Of a DNA stretch of 64,000 bases, positions 40,199 through 49,907 are shown piece after piece (the first letter of the stretch is position 1; every line of letters starts with the position of its first letter). Below the pieces are notes generated by a model that saw only the letters and a list, made by a program, of their open reading frames with translations, searched no databases and was not told the DNA's origin. A program made the position numbers and the translations under genes. The DNA is from a virus, in the IMG/VR virus record IMGVR_UViG_3300029002_000085. One strand, written 5' to 3'.

Positions 40199-40705
40199 TT
40201 AAATATATTTATCCAATTCCTTTTCTAGCAATTCTCCATCTATTTCAGGAAACAGTCTCAAAACTAAGTCCAAAGATTTGCAATAATTGTTACTGTATTC
40301 TTCAGTATCCATTAATCGAAGTACCATAGAACAAAAGATACTTTTTGTGTCTCTTAATTCGCCTTTCATCAGCAACTTTGATAGTTCGATAATTTGACTA
40401 GCAGGATTATGAAATTTTCCGTTTATATATTGAAAAATTATTCTTCCTTCAAATTGGCATATTTCACAATCTAGTTCACAATCAATGTACTCTATTTTAC
40501 TATCCATGAATTCACAATAAACACATTCACTATTAGAAGCAAATAAAATTGCAAAATCATAGATATCATCACTATTACCTACAATTATTGAAGTAGATTC
40601 AAGAGTTTCCGAAACACCATTATTACACCTTGCATCTTCAATAAGTTCCCTCACATATTCTTGAACTTTTGTGATGTTCTGCTCTATTAAATCTTTTTTA
40701 CTCAT
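40199..40705 (-). CDS. Hypothetical protein (Cys-rich)
   Basis: 168-aa ORF with consistent codon usage. Confidence 0.45.
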   Translation of the reverse strand: MSKKDLIEQNITKVQEYVRELIEDARCNNGVSETLESTSIIVGNSDDIYDFAILFASNSECVYCEFMDSKIEYIDCELDCEICQFEGRIIFQYINGKFHNPASQIIELSKLLMKGELRDTKSIFCSMVLRLMDTEEYSNNYCKSLDLVLRLFPEIDGELLEKELDKYI

Positions 40706-40728
40706 AATTTCAATTCAATTAAGTTCGA

Positions 40729-40974
40729 TTATTTTTTTGCAATATTCTCCCAAAAAGCAACGCCTTCAGGAGTACCATTAAAAGGGAATGAAATAGCTAG
40801 AAACCGATGAAAACAGCAATCAACATCTAACAAATTGTTCATCCGCTCTTCATTTGTCATTGAGAAGTCAGGACACTCAATATTAAATGTCTCATTTGCT
40901 CTTTCTGTATTATATTTCCATTGATTGAAAATACCCATTCTTTCTAATTTTTCTATTTTTTCATTCCTCTTCAT
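40729..40974 (-). CDS. Hypothetical protein
   Basis: 81-aa ORF preceded by a copy of the conserved promoter element. Confidence 0.4.
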   Translation of the reverse strand: MKRNEKIEKLERMGIFNQWKYNTERANETFNIECPDFSMTNEERMNNLLDVDCCFHRFLAISFPFNGTPEGVAFWENIAKK

Positions 40975-40976
40975 GT

Positions 40977-41067
40977 TGATTGACTTTTAATGCTTTACGT
41001 CTATAAAGATAATCGTTATTGACAAGTTTAGCAAACAGAAACTTCGCCATTTTAACGCCATTTTACC
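40977..41067 (-). promoter_or_regulatory. Conserved early promoter/operator element, copy D (second half of the motif)
   Basis: ataatcgttattgacaagtttagcaaacagaaacttcgccattttaacgccatttt is almost identical to the copies at 49640-49686 and 56490-56546. Confidence 0.5.
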
Positions 41068-41383
41068 CGGTCTTTTTCTTCAACAATTCAAGTATTATTC
41101 TCTCACTCTCTCTTAATCCATCAAGGTAGCCTTTTGCATGTTCACCGGCATTATACACTATAAAAGAGAGGAACAACAAAAACAGTCCGAGCGAACGATG
41201 CCAGTATGGAAGTTGGACTGTGAACGGCTTGATTGTTATAGACAAATGCCCTACATATAACAGGAACACAAACAAAATCACACATGAAATAATTGTTGTT
41301 TTCAACTTAATCTGTAAACAAATTAAGTTGAGTTGTAAACTCGGGTTTATAAATTCTAAACTTACGGCTAAAGAAAGTCTCAA
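41063..41383 (-). CDS. Possible small membrane protein (questionable; overlaps the 183-aa gene)
   Basis: Hydrophobic 106-aa ORF; 77-nt overlap with 41307..41858. Confidence 0.2.
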   Translation of the reverse strand: MRLSLAVSLEFINPSLQLNLICLQIKLKTTIISCVILFVFLLYVGHLSITIKPFTVQLPYWHRSLGLFLLFLSFIVYNAGEHAKGYLDGLRESERIILELLKKKTG

Positions 41384-41858
41384 AGGCTGTTACAATTTCA
41401 GAGATGGTATTATCAGTAATGCCTAACAACTTGTCATCGGCAACTATAAGGGACAAAGCCTTGTCAAGAGTCATCCTCTTCTCAATAAACAGGGAATATA
41501 CCAAATATCTATGAGTGTATTCTCCTGCCTTGAGTGACGCCACTTCTTCAGGTGTAGCCTTTCTCTTGTATAGCACTTTGTACCAGTGCGTTTCAGCAGT
41601 ACGAGCACGCTTTTGTCTCGGTAACAAGTCATAAAACACAGCTATTTCATTCCTCTTAATAGACTTGTGTTTTTTACGAACTCCATACATTACGTAGGGA
41701 ATATCCCAATCTGGATGGGTTCTTCGATATTCAAGCTCTCTCTCCCGGTCAATAAGGTCTTGCTCAAAGTCTTGTTTCATTAACCATTCCTCGAACCAGG
41801 CAGCAAGTGCTTCTTCTCGATTATAATAATCTCTTCCATTTACACATATGGGAATCAT
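41307..41858 (-). CDS. Hypothetical protein
   Basis: 183-aa ORF. Confidence 0.45.
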   Translation of the reverse strand: MIPICVNGRDYYNREEALAAWFEEWLMKQDFEQDLIDRERELEYRRTHPDWDIPYVMYGVRKKHKSIKRNEIAVFYDLLPRQKRARTAETHWYKVLYKRKATPEEVASLKAGEYTHRYLVYSLFIEKRMTLDKALSLIVADDKLLGITDNTISEIVTAFETFFSRKFRIYKPEFTTQLNLFTD

Positions 41859-41869
41859 AATAACTCTTT

Positions 41870-42577
41870 CTATTGCATTTCACGTTTAAATCTTTCCTCT
41901 AAATCAAAAATGGTTTCTCCACTATTACGCCGATAGGGCCTATCGGTATTTAACTGAAGTTCTTTCAGCTTTTTCCAATACCAGGGAAGGTACAAGTACA
42001 TATTCTTCAACTCCTTCAAGTTCTTATTTCCACAACACCAGCAACTCACACGATCAAGTAGCTCATATAGCCTTACTCCATCCTCATGCCAAACAAAGCC
42101 TTTTGTGTAACAGTACTGGAGTGCATCTGCTTCAGTAATGCCCCAATCACGAAGTGGTAAAACCCGATTTGGTCGTTTTTCCTTTTCAAAGCGATGGGTC
42201 TCATCGGCAGCAATACCGACATAATCAATTCCGTCTTTTGTGTGAGCTTTCAATGCACGAAGTTTTTCACTCGTTCCCCACCGGCATGTTCCCCCACACC
42301 AACTATATCCTTTTTTATGGATAATATTGGTCCCTCTTTTCTTAACCGGCCTTTCAAACATTGTCCAAAGAAAAGGTTGCTCCGGATGCAGTTCTGTATA
42401 TTTAATGCCAAGTTTTTTAAGAATTGGAAGAACAGCATCACGAGTGTTATAGATTGCCTGAAATTCCATACCTGTATCATAGAAAACGACTTCATCCAAC
42501 TGATATCCTTTATCTATTAGCATGAAAAGCATTGCCAAGGAATCCTTTCCAAAGCTGACTGAAGCATAATATTTCAT
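41870..42577 (-). CDS. PAPS-reductase-like / PP-loop ATP pyrophosphatase family protein (IbrA/DndC-like)
   Basis: PP-loop SFGKDS near the N-terminus and a C-terminal Cys cluster SCWCCGNK. Confidence 0.7.
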   Translation of the reverse strand: MKYYASVSFGKDSLAMLFMLIDKGYQLDEVVFYDTGMEFQAIYNTRDAVLPILKKLGIKYTELHPEQPFLWTMFERPVKKRGTNIIHKKGYSWCGGTCRWGTSEKLRALKAHTKDGIDYVGIAADETHRFEKEKRPNRVLPLRDWGITEADALQYCYTKGFVWHEDGVRLYELLDRVSCWCCGNKNLKELKNMYLYLPWYWKKLKELQLNTDRPYRRNSGETIFDLEERFKREMQ

Positions 42578-42598
42578 ACAAAAAATTTAATAGACAAG

Positions 42599-42925
42599 TC
42601 ACTTTTTCTTCTTTGCCCTCTGATTATTAATCTGTGACATACACATACGGCACCAGGAAGTCAACAAATGATATTCCTTACCTTTTCTCACCACTATACG
42701 ATTGTAGAACCGGTTCAAGTAGAAGTAATTTCCGCAATGGGTACATTTTTTCATTTCACGTCCTGAATCATCTATAATCCGATTACGCGGCTTACGACGA
42801 ATTAGAGTACAACTTTTACACTTCTCATCAGTTTCGCGGTGCCGCCGGCAATGTGATAAGGATTTTGCTCCACATTTAGCAAACACCTTACAATCTCTAC
42901 GAGGTATTGATTGACACACATTCAT
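42599..42925 (-). CDS. Zinc-finger hypothetical protein
   Basis: CTHCGNYF...CRMCMSQ; basic protein of 108 aa. Confidence 0.4.
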   Translation of the reverse strand: MNVCQSIPRRDCKVFAKCGAKSLSHCRRHRETDEKCKSCTLIRRKPRNRIIDDSGREMKKCTHCGNYFYLNRFYNRIVVRKGKEYHLLTSWCRMCMSQINNQRAKKKK

Positions 42926-43386
42926 GGCTTCCTCGCATTCAAGAATTTATTTACTACACGAGAAAGTACATCCTCATTCTCCGGCATCAGCCATTCTTTT
43001 GCAACGTTCCAAGCAATACTCATAGCAGGATTGAAGTTATCCTTCCTGACTGTGTGATGAGACAAACGTCCTTCAGTGGGCTTCAAACCCTTATCATGTA
43101 AGATACACAGTCCATTCTCGAAAAAAGCACAATACTCCTTACCAGCAACGGGCTGAATCATCGGAATAGCAATATTAATAACCCCTAAGAATATACCAGC
43201 AGCCCAGTTCGTCAGCGCTAACCTGTCGGCATAACCTGCATCAATAATTCGTTCAATATCATCAGGAGTACCTAAACATGGCGTATGACATTGTTGTTTA
43301 CAAACACTGCATGAGCATTGTACAGGTACACGACCTGAAGCCCTCATTACCCTTTGTAATGAGGTTTCTTTTGATAATTCTCTCAT
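42922..43386 (-). CDS. CxxCxxCC (YkgJ-like) putative Zn/Fe-chelating domain protein
   Basis: QCSCSVCKQQCHTPC near the N-terminus. Confidence 0.4.
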   Translation of the reverse strand: MRELSKETSLQRVMRASGRVPVQCSCSVCKQQCHTPCLGTPDDIERIIDAGYADRLALTNWAAGIFLGVINIAIPMIQPVAGKEYCAFFENGLCILHDKGLKPTEGRLSHHTVRKDNFNPAMSIAWNVAKEWLMPENEDVLSRVVNKFLNARKP

Positions 43387-43414
43387 AGTAAATTATTTGA
43401 GATACTACAAATTA

Positions 43415-44061
43415 TTAAACATCGCCCCACAGCTTTACTGCAAGGTCATAATTTTTTTTAGCCTCTTTTACTGCTTTATTGGCATAAGCCATAGCGTATG
43501 TATGCTCGCGTCGGTACTTACCGGACTTCAATCCTTCGTGATATTCTTTTGCTTGTTCCAACTTATGTTCGTAGAAATCTATACTTTCCGGCATGGACAA
43601 GTTTATCGTATTAGCCCTTTTTTCCCAATACTTCGCAACTCTTTCATGTTCGGCAGCCTTATCGCTAAACTCAACGCTTTTCCCCATATTGTTCCACGCA
43701 TCATCTATCGCTTTTCTGTGTCGCTTCTCGCTATGATGTCCCACTTTGATAGGCTCACCTAGAGAAAGAAAATCCTTATCTTTATTGGACTTGTTGTAAT
43801 ATTCACAGCTTTTCTGTACAGCAGATGTAGCCCATTCATGACGACGTTCAGCTCTTTGTTTGGCCCACTCTTGCACATTAAAGCCATCAGCCCGTACGAT
43901 TGAGTAGTAATAGAATCCATCACGTTCGTAAATGAGGTTGAAAACAATACATTCATTTTCTTTTCCATACTTGGTGGTAACTTCAATAGTTTCACCTTTT
44001 TCGTGCTTCTCATCACACTTTGCCAAAAATACATTTGGCGCAAATTTGTAATACGTGTTCA
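43415..44061 (-). CDS. Hypothetical protein (start at internal Met, MNTYYKF)
   Basis: The ORF-track version extends to 44314, but the ATG at 44061 directly follows an AT-rich promoter-like fragment. Confidence 0.45.
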
Positions 44062-44089
44062 TTTTTTTAATTAAATTGGTTTGACTTAT

Positions 44090-44131
44090 ATGAAAAATGA
44101 TGAAACCACAGCTACTTAGCCGTGGTTTCAT
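44090..44131 (-). terminator. Rho-independent terminator overlapping the stop of the 191-aa gene
   Basis: atgaaaccacagctacttagccgtggtttcat hairpin, followed on the minus strand by a U-run. Confidence 0.5.
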
Positions 44132-44687
44132 CATTAAATAACTTTGGTTGACTGGATTGAACCAAATCATCGAATAAACCAGGAACACGAGGTTGTAACG
44201 CCTTGTATTCTTCCTGAAAGAATTCTTCTTTGGTTCTCCCATGTTTTTTACCCTTTCGTGTATGTACATCGAAAGTGTAATCTGGAATAGGAATAGGGTA
44301 ACGCCTGACATCATTTATCCACTTTTCTATATCAATATCCTTTCTATCATAGATGAAGTTTTGCAAATGATCCGCATCACGATTCTTTCTACATTCACAA
44401 AGGAGAATAACAGCTTTACTGACAAATATCCTCCCTTTGGGTTCAGTAGCAGTCTTGTTTACCAGCTCATGCCCCTGCCACAATGCTTCTATCTCTTTAG
44501 TAATGATTCCATAGCAATCTTCAGCACTAATGGTAAACAGACGCTTCCACACATAATCGCGGTACCCACTCGCCCAAAGTTCCAATGCAAAAAAGCCGGC
44601 TACCCCGGTGTCGGCTCGCCTAATGGCTTTCTGCATTGCAGAACTCACCTCAAAGAAATCATATCCGCAAACTGTTCTTATAATCAT
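44112..44687 (-). CDS. Hypothetical protein
   Basis: 191-aa ORF preceded by conserved promoter copy C. Confidence 0.45.
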   Translation of the reverse strand: MIIRTVCGYDFFEVSSAMQKAIRRADTGVAGFFALELWASGYRDYVWKRLFTISAEDCYGIITKEIEALWQGHELVNKTATEPKGRIFVSKAVILLCECRKNRDADHLQNFIYDRKDIDIEKWINDVRRYPIPIPDYTFDVHTRKGKKHGRTKEEFFQEEYKALQPRVPGLFDDLVQSSQPKLFNDETTAK

Positions 44688-44790
44688 AATTCTAATTTAA
44701 TGGTTTGACTTTTAGTTTATTACATCAGTAAAATTAGCTAAAAAAGGCGAATATGACAAACAGAATGGACGCCATTTAAACGCCTTTTTT
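44688..44790 (-). promoter_or_regulatory. Conserved early promoter/operator element, copy C
   Basis: taatttaatggtttgacttttagtttattacatcagtaaa followed by a degenerate second half (gacaaacagaatggacgccatttaaacgcc). Confidence 0.5.
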
Positions 44791-44798
44791 ACAGACTA

Positions 44799-45551
44799 TT
44801 AGAATTTGAATTTGCATGATATATTATATTGAACGAGCTGCTTTGTTTTGTCTTTCCCATTAGTGGTTGCACTCTTTAGCAAAATACTATCACCAAAATT
44901 CTTTTTGATAAAGAGGATAGATTTACGTTCCTCTTCCTGATTCCTTATAGAAGCAAGCCCACCAGCGTTTACAAAAGTGTTCTTTTGCTCAAAATTATAC
45001 CGCAAATCGGTTAAAACCTTACGTTCTTTGTACTTCATGTAACAAGAAATCCAAAAATCTTCCTTCAAACGTATTTCCTCATTCCACCAAGTGTTTTTGT
45101 TATAGATTACTCCATAACTGCAACCGGTTATCATTTTCGAAAGAGAAAGAAAAGCGGATTCATCATACATTACCGGCGATATCCGAGCGGTGAAGCCAAA
45201 CAGATGTACATCCATCATACTGGCCATCTCAAATAATGACTGAATGATATTGGTTATCTTATCTTTATCCTTTATCCGGCTAGGTTCTCCTTTTTCCACA
45301 TAAATAGGTTTGCAGGCATGGACATCATCATCAAGCATGAAAAGTTCTCCAAAATGCTTTGCCATCCAGTTACGTTTCGGGATGAGGCCCATAACGTCGT
45401 CAGGATGAGTAACAATTTCACATTCCGGGTTAAATTGTTGATATAAGTCAGCTTGACTTTCAGCAACGCAAATGATAGGATCGTTCACCAACTTTTTAGC
45501 GAACACCCGGTCATGGCGTTTATGACTTGGTATTACTATCTTGCAGGGCAT
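44799..45551 (-). CDS. Hypothetical protein (250 aa)
   Basis: ORF overlapping the ParB-like gene by 32 nt. Confidence 0.45.
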   Translation of the reverse strand: MPCKIVIPSHKRHDRVFAKKLVNDPIICVAESQADLYQQFNPECEIVTHPDDVMGLIPKRNWMAKHFGELFMLDDDVHACKPIYVEKGEPSRIKDKDKITNIIQSLFEMASMMDVHLFGFTARISPVMYDESAFLSLSKMITGCSYGVIYNKNTWWNEEIRLKEDFWISCYMKYKERKVLTDLRYNFEQKNTFVNAGGLASIRNQEEERKSILFIKKNFGDSILLKSATTNGKDKTKQLVQYNISCKFKF

Positions 45552-46176
45552 GGCGAACGTCTTTTATATCAATTACATTGGATTTACTTATTTTCCCGGT
45601 TTTGTACGACTTCATGTGCTGCATGTCCAGCCTTTCACGAAGCCAGTTGCTATCTACCTCATTACTTGAGGTGATGATAAACAACTCATGTTTTTCGTCA
45701 TACTTTGGAATGAGAGGATAAATGGCTGTATCATCCGTGATGGCATCGAAGCGCTCTTTAAATTCATCCTCTTTCTTCTCCGGGGCAAATTCGATGCCCC
45801 AATCTTGGAGTTCCGCCTTATTCCACTCGTTTTCCATAACGTCCAAATCATTCTCACCAAAATTGACATTATCTTTAGTGGCATATTCCCTCAACTTCTT
45901 AACGGGGGTATCAGGTGCCAGAATTTTACAAGGCAGTTCTTTATAACCTAACTCCTTGCAAGCTCGCAAACGTAAATTACCACAAACAACAATATATCTG
46001 CCATCATTGTAGGGAAAAACTATAAGTTCTCGAAGCTCAAGCATCTCTGGCGAATCCTGAATGCTTTTCTTCATCGCTTCAAAGCGGTAATCACGAAAAA
46101 AACGTGGATTTTTCGGCAATCCCGTGAGCTGCCCCTTATTAAAATCAAGTAGGCAGACTTGAATAATCTCTGTCAT
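45520..46176 (-). CDS. ParB-like nuclease domain protein (IbrB-like)
   Basis: ELIVFPYNDGRYIVVCGNLRLRACKELGY is a ParB N-terminal (GxRRxRA-type) motif variant. Confidence 0.6.
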   Translation of the reverse strand: MTEIIQVCLLDFNKGQLTGLPKNPRFFRDYRFEAMKKSIQDSPEMLELRELIVFPYNDGRYIVVCGNLRLRACKELGYKELPCKILAPDTPVKKLREYATKDNVNFGENDLDVMENEWNKAELQDWGIEFAPEKKEDEFKERFDAITDDTAIYPLIPKYDEKHELFIITSSNEVDSNWLRERLDMQHMKSYKTGKISKSNVIDIKDVRHALQDSNTKS

Positions 46177-46236
46177 AACTAACTATATTAAAATCAACAA
46201 CACAAAATCAACAACACAAACAGTCAGTAACAACAC

Positions 46237-46530
46237 CTAATCATTTTTTCTATCATCGAACTCTATCTTATCTTTGATAAGCTGTTCAATGTCCTCACAA
46301 CCAAATCTTTTTAAATAGGCAACAAGGTAAATTATCATCTCGGCTGCCAATTCTTCATCTTCCGAATATTTAGGAAGATTATCACTCCTATATTTAGAAG
46401 CAATATCGAATTTTCTCCAAACGGCTTCAATTCTTATGCTAAACGCTTTTCTTGAGCTATGCTCATTCATCTTAAAGCGCTTCCTCATGATATTCAAGCA
46501 TCTCTGGGCAAACCTATTCAATGTTATCAT
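46237..46530 (-). CDS. Hypothetical protein
   Basis: 97-aa ORF. Confidence 0.4.
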   Translation of the reverse strand: MITLNRFAQRCLNIMRKRFKMNEHSSRKAFSIRIEAVWRKFDIASKYRSDNLPKYSEDEELAAEMIIYLVAYLKRFGCEDIEQLIKDKIEFDDRKND

Positions 46531-46639
46531 ATCGATCGGGTTAAATTGTTAGACTATGAATAATCTCACACGATTCTATTAGGTTGGTCTCTGATGCGAA
46601 ACCAATGAACATATTCTTTATCTATCAGCATACTATTAT

Positions 46640-47077
46640 TTATTTTGAGGGGTCTGTTGTATCTAAATATTTCCTGTACTCTAATTCTGTCTTAGCAAGA
46701 TTGATTACGGTATTAACCCCTTGGAAAACTTGTTTTGCTTGGCTCACTTTACTAGGATCTTCTTTCACATCCTTAATTTGTTGAAGAACCAAATTCCTCA
46801 AATCTTGTAAAATGGTAGGGTTCACTGTAGACACCTTATTCAACCGTTCATTAGCCAACACGACAACTGTGTTTGTTATTGGCCGAAAACGATTCAATTT
46901 GGAAGCCAAATCAAACATACTAAATACCAATACTTTGCCATTATTCAAGTATATCTCAACTTCGGTACCATCATCACCGGTACCGTCACAGTAATTGAGA
47001 ATTACAACTTCTTCATTCTGATAAAGGAATGGTTTATTAACCATTTCTTTCAATCTATCTATTGCTCCATCAGTCAT
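46640..47077 (-). CDS. Hypothetical protein
   Basis: 145-aa ORF; 4-nt overlap with the HNH gene. Confidence 0.4.
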   Translation of the reverse strand: MTDGAIDRLKEMVNKPFLYQNEEVVILNYCDGTGDDGTEVEIYLNNGKVLVFSMFDLASKLNRFRPITNTVVVLANERLNKVSTVNPTILQDLRNLVLQQIKDVKEDPSKVSQAKQVFQGVNTVINLAKTELEYRKYLDTTDPSK

Positions 47078-47838
47078 GATTCATTCTTTTTTGTTGCTTT
47101 ATTAATTTGTCTATTCAAAGCTCCTTTTAGTTTGATTAGGTACTGAACATCTTCCGGATATCGGGCATACAAAGAATTCTCTTTTTTTAATTGTTCAGAA
47201 CGACTAATCATGTAAAGGTTCTCAATGGAAACGTTTTGCCTGTTGCCATCTTTAAACTGAATATTATAACCAGGGGGGATTTCTCCATTATGCTCAATCC
47301 ATACAAGCCGATGTTTAAGTTCAAAGACATTCGGTTCGGCAGTTTTCACTTCAATGTAACCGTCACGAGTTATGCGTTCATAACCGACTGGTTTATGATT
47401 TTTGGGGACATGTCCTTTCTTAAATCGAGTAGCTTTCGTTTTTGCTAATTGTTCCTCTGACATATATTCCGTTTGCTTACGTCCCTTGTTCATCGGTTGG
47501 TGGCCTTTGGGAAAGAAGCTTTTAGAAGCGCATTGAAATTTAAATTCTTTAGATTTAAAGAGCCGTAATTTAAATGCAACTCCATTTACAGCAGAATAAG
47601 TGGTACCTAATATCTGTGCTATTTCCTCATTAGTATGATTGGGATACAACTTTTTCAATTTATCAAGTCTCTCACTATTCCAAAACGAGATTCTCGGAGA
47701 GCGCCTAAGTTTTCGAATCAAGGCCTTTGTTTTAACAGCACTAAGTGTTTTATCAAGACGCCTAGCAAGTTCTTTTAAATCAGCAGTCGGGTACTCACTG
47801 TCAAGTATAGCAAGTTGTTCGTCAGTCCACGTTTTCAT
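47074..47838 (-). CDS. HNH (HNH_3-type) endonuclease with N-terminal HTH
   Basis: HRLVWIEHNGEIPPGYNIQFKDGNRQNVSIENLYMISRSEQ. Confidence 0.65.
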   Translation of the reverse strand: MKTWTDEQLAILDSEYPTADLKELARRLDKTLSAVKTKALIRKLRRSPRISFWNSERLDKLKKLYPNHTNEEIAQILGTTYSAVNGVAFKLRLFKSKEFKFQCASKSFFPKGHQPMNKGRKQTEYMSEEQLAKTKATRFKKGHVPKNHKPVGYERITRDGYIEVKTAEPNVFELKHRLVWIEHNGEIPPGYNIQFKDGNRQNVSIENLYMISRSEQLKKENSLYARYPEDVQYLIKLKGALNRQINKATKKNES

Positions 47839-47865
47839 AAGTGCGTCAATAAAGAGAGGAAACCA

Positions 47866-49584
47866 CTAGGCTTCCTCTGTGTTATCGTTATTTAGTTCTT
47901 TCAGTCTTTCTTTGAGCTTCTTTTCTTTCTTATCATATGAATCCGCAAGTTTCTTAGAGAGCGCTTTGAAATCATCCGGATATTGTTCTGCAAAAAGGAT
48001 TTTCTGACACTTTTGCAAATAGGAGTAGAAATTCACATTATTCGATGATAAGCATTCAGCAATAAAGGCTCTATACCATTGGTGTCGGTCAGCTTGGTTG
48101 TTCTTGACATAATTTACAAAATCACTCTCACCATTCCATTTTTTTAAATTCAGTTTTTCAAGATAAGTACTGCTACAACCGCTAAGAACCAGCACATCAA
48201 AAACAAGTTGTTCATTTTCAGAGAATTCTTTTGTTCTCTGATAATATGTTTTCTCTTGCGCCCACTTGCGCATTTCTTCAGCAGACTTCTCCTTGACTAT
48301 ATCCTTCGCTCTTTTTAATTGGGCGTTTATTTTTTCCCTTTCTATCTCTTTTAGATCGGCAACGGCGGAAGTAGAGGAAGCCGTTTCTTTTCTAACATAA
48401 TAGAAACTAACGTTAAATTCGGGAGAATAATGTCCAAAAAATGAAAGACAACGATAAACTTCTCCATCTTCAAGCATTTTCAAAGTGCGTTCATCATCTT
48501 CTGAATACCAGCACTTACATCTAAAGATTTCATCAGGATCAACTATTTCAAATCCAAGTTGTTTAACAGCTTCCAAAGTTTTTTCATAGAAAACCTTTCT
48601 ATCTTCTCCCCAATATGTATCGGGACGTCTAGCGATAATTACTGTTTTTCCAAATGAAAGAGGTTCGCCAACTTTAACAAGATGTTCATATTCTAGTTGA
48701 ATTTTCCGCGTCACATAAGCAATCTGTTTTTTCTCATAGCAAGCAGCATTGATACATCTAGCATCCTTACTATTCATTTCATAGAACAAACAACCATGAT
48801 TACACGTATTATTCTCACATTGAGAACATGATTTAATATCGGTATTTTCCCAATTATCGGAATCATCTTTAATCCAAGGTGCGTTACCAAGCTCCATGAA
48901 AGAATTACTCACAAATTCTCGAATCATAGCAGTAGTACATTGTTCTTCCTCCTCCTCATGAAACTCTTTTTGAGTATCTTCATCCAATTTAGAAAGAATC
49001 ATAGCACCGGACAATGGTATATCTCCATTTCTTACCCGCTCTTTTAGTTCAGGAATAAGAGAATTCAATTTAATACGGTCAAAAACAAACCGGGTAGACT
49101 TTCCTATTTTAAGAGCGATATCTTCCAAAGTTCGTCCTTTTTCAGCCAACTGCGCAAAGGCAAAAGCTTCTTCGATGGGATCAACATCTTTTCTTTGAAG
49201 ATTCTCGGTAATCATCGCTTCAAAAGCCTCATCATCTGTCATTTCTCTGACAATGCAGGATATTGTCTGAAATTTTTCCGACTTTTTTCGATGGGCTTTG
49301 ATTTTTGCAACATTCGCTTCATCTTCCTTTGCTTTCAAAAGTGACACAGCCCGGAAACGACGCTCACCGCAAACAATTTCGTATGTGTAAGGTAATGGGG
49401 TAACATCTCCGGTTTCTAGGTTAGTCATCTCCTCGGATTTAGCAACTCTGACAGTGATAGGTTGCAATAAACCTTGCTTTTCAATGTTGCTTGCAAGCTC
49501 TTCAAGAGCTGCTTCATCAAAAGTCTTTCTCGGATTCAAAGGAGAAGGACTGATAAGGTCAATTCTAATGTTTTGTACTTCCAT
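47866..49584 (-). CDS. ParB/Spo0J-family N-terminal domain protein with HTH and long C-terminal extension (572 aa)
   Basis: LQPITVRV...YEIVCGERRFRAVSLL ParB box and an HTH segment KIGKSTRFVFDRIKL. Confidence 0.7.
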   Translation of the reverse strand: MEVQNIRIDLISPSPLNPRKTFDEAALEELASNIEKQGLLQPITVRVAKSEEMTNLETGDVTPLPYTYEIVCGERRFRAVSLLKAKEDEANVAKIKAHRKKSEKFQTISCIVREMTDDEAFEAMITENLQRKDVDPIEEAFAFAQLAEKGRTLEDIALKIGKSTRFVFDRIKLNSLIPELKERVRNGDIPLSGAMILSKLDEDTQKEFHEEEEEQCTTAMIREFVSNSFMELGNAPWIKDDSDNWENTDIKSCSQCENNTCNHGCLFYEMNSKDARCINAACYEKKQIAYVTRKIQLEYEHLVKVGEPLSFGKTVIIARRPDTYWGEDRKVFYEKTLEAVKQLGFEIVDPDEIFRCKCWYSEDDERTLKMLEDGEVYRCLSFFGHYSPEFNVSFYYVRKETASSTSAVADLKEIEREKINAQLKRAKDIVKEKSAEEMRKWAQEKTYYQRTKEFSENEQLVFDVLVLSGCSSTYLEKLNLKKWNGESDFVNYVKNNQADRHQWYRAFIAECLSSNNVNFYSYLQKCQKILFAEQYPDDFKALSKKLADSYDKKEKKLKERLKELNNDNTEEA

Positions 49585-49686
49585 AATTTAATTATATTGG
49601 TTTGACTTTTAATTCATTACATCAGTAAAGTTATCGTAAAATGACAAGTTATGCAAACAGAAACTTCGCCATTTTAACGCCATTTT
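49584..49686 (-). promoter_or_regulatory. Conserved early promoter/operator element, copy B (full length)
   Basis: ttggtttgacttttaattcattacatcagtaaag...gacaagttatgcaaacagaaacttcgccattttaacgccatttt. Confidence 0.55.
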
Positions 49687-49907
49687 CATGCGGGCTTATT
49701 ACGTATTTGAATGAAGCCACGTTTTTCCGTTTCCCGAAGCAATTCCATATCTTCCTCACGGATATAACAATCCGTTTCACCATTAACAGTTGTGTGATTA
49801 GGAATACCAAAACGCTCCCGTATTCTTCTTTTCACTTCAGGAATATCTTCAAGTTTGATATGCCTAGTGTTCCAGTAAATTGTCACCTTCTGCTTCTTGT
49901 TTGCCAT
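49686..49907 (-). CDS. Hypothetical small protein
   Basis: 73-aa ORF. Confidence 0.4.
   Translation of the reverse strand: MANKKQKVTIYWNTRHIKLEDIPEVKRRIRERFGIPNHTTVNGETDCYIREEDMELLRETEKRGFIQIRNKPA

Noticed and set aside
41063-41383. 106-aa hydrophobic ORF as a holin
   Set aside because: It overlaps the 183-aa gene by 77 nt, sits in the early region, and has no adjacent endolysin. It is kept only as a low-confidence feature.
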